From assembly GCF_009834535.1 (NCBI RefSeq), contig NC_045696.1, positions 65,784,001 through 65,848,000 on the forward strand: DNA of 64,000 nucleotides, written 5' to 3'. Source of the stretch: Camelus ferus (lineage: Eukaryota). The notes under the pieces were generated by a model. That model had not been told where the DNA came from, made no database searches, and saw only the letters and a program-made list of their open reading frames with translations. The translations under genes and the position numbers were made by a program. The number at the start of each line of letters is the position of its first letter. The first letter of the stretch is position 1. Positions 63,340-64,000 of this stretch are shown here, piece after piece.

Positions 63340-64000
63340 GTTGCAGGTAGAAATTTTACATTTCGAGGCACTATGCCCTACAGCAAAGCAGCATGAATTG
63401 GATCTTCATAGCTATGAAATTTGAATATTAAGATGATGGTACAAGGCCTTGAGAATTTGAAAATGGAGAAAAAATATTCAGAGGGTAGGACAAGGAATTC
63501 AACTATACATATGATATAGGACTCCAGCTCCATATGCCAACCAAAATCTGCCATTCCAACTCCTTTTGGAGTGAGAATTTCTTAATACCTTTGGTGAAGA
63601 CTATTTCTCATTATAATCTCCAGCTCTGAAGGACTATGAATCCCTAGATGGGTCATATACTAAATGCTTTTCTCTTGATGATCCTGTGAAGTGACAGGGA
63701 GAGTAAAGATTAGCTGGGCGAGATGGAGAACAAATGTATGATATTATTAGTCCAGAGAATATCATATACCTGTAATCTTCACCTTTACTGAAGTGTAAGA
63801 TTATTGTGGGCACAGGGTCAACCCTGCCTGAAAATTCTAGATCAGGCATAGGGCTTTCACAAAATAGATGCTCAGTAACTACTGCATGTAGGTGTCGCAC
63901 TAAGTTGAACTGAGCTGAGCTACCTGGAATAGAATTAAAGCTTATGTCTAGTACTTTACACTAAAAATGATTTAAGGACCATAAAGAAAATGTACATAGA

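Overview
Gene-poor, AT-rich mammalian genomic DNA, most likely camelid (two Vic-1-like tRNA-derived SINEs). It is dominated by old L2/L1/MIR/MaLR/LTR repeats, and I could not support any host protein-coding exon. The key element is a 5.13-kb, internally deleted class I (gamma-like) endogenous provirus at 34675-39808 (+). It has two 452-bp LTRs (8 mismatches by my count), an ATTT target-site duplication, a tRNA-Thr PBS and a PPT. Its gag capsid region is interrupted by a 241-bp sense-orientation piece that I recognise as spliced ATXN7 (ataxin-7, SCA7 gene) mRNA, including a remnant of the CAG/polyQ tract. The piece is joined to gag by microhomologies and has no poly(A), the signature expected of retroviral transduction of a host mRNA. 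The result is an open 300-codon Gag-ATXN7 chimeric ORF. The provirus also carries an intact 57-codon two-hydrophobic-segment ORF between pol and env, and a possible decayed pre-gag ORF. Elsewhere: a 5'-truncated HSPA8 retrocopy with TSDs, a 44-bp-arm inverted duplication at an L1 5' junction, and a nested opposite-orientation L1-tail pair. Gene and family identifications come from recalled sequences, not database searches. Boundaries of old repeats are approximate.
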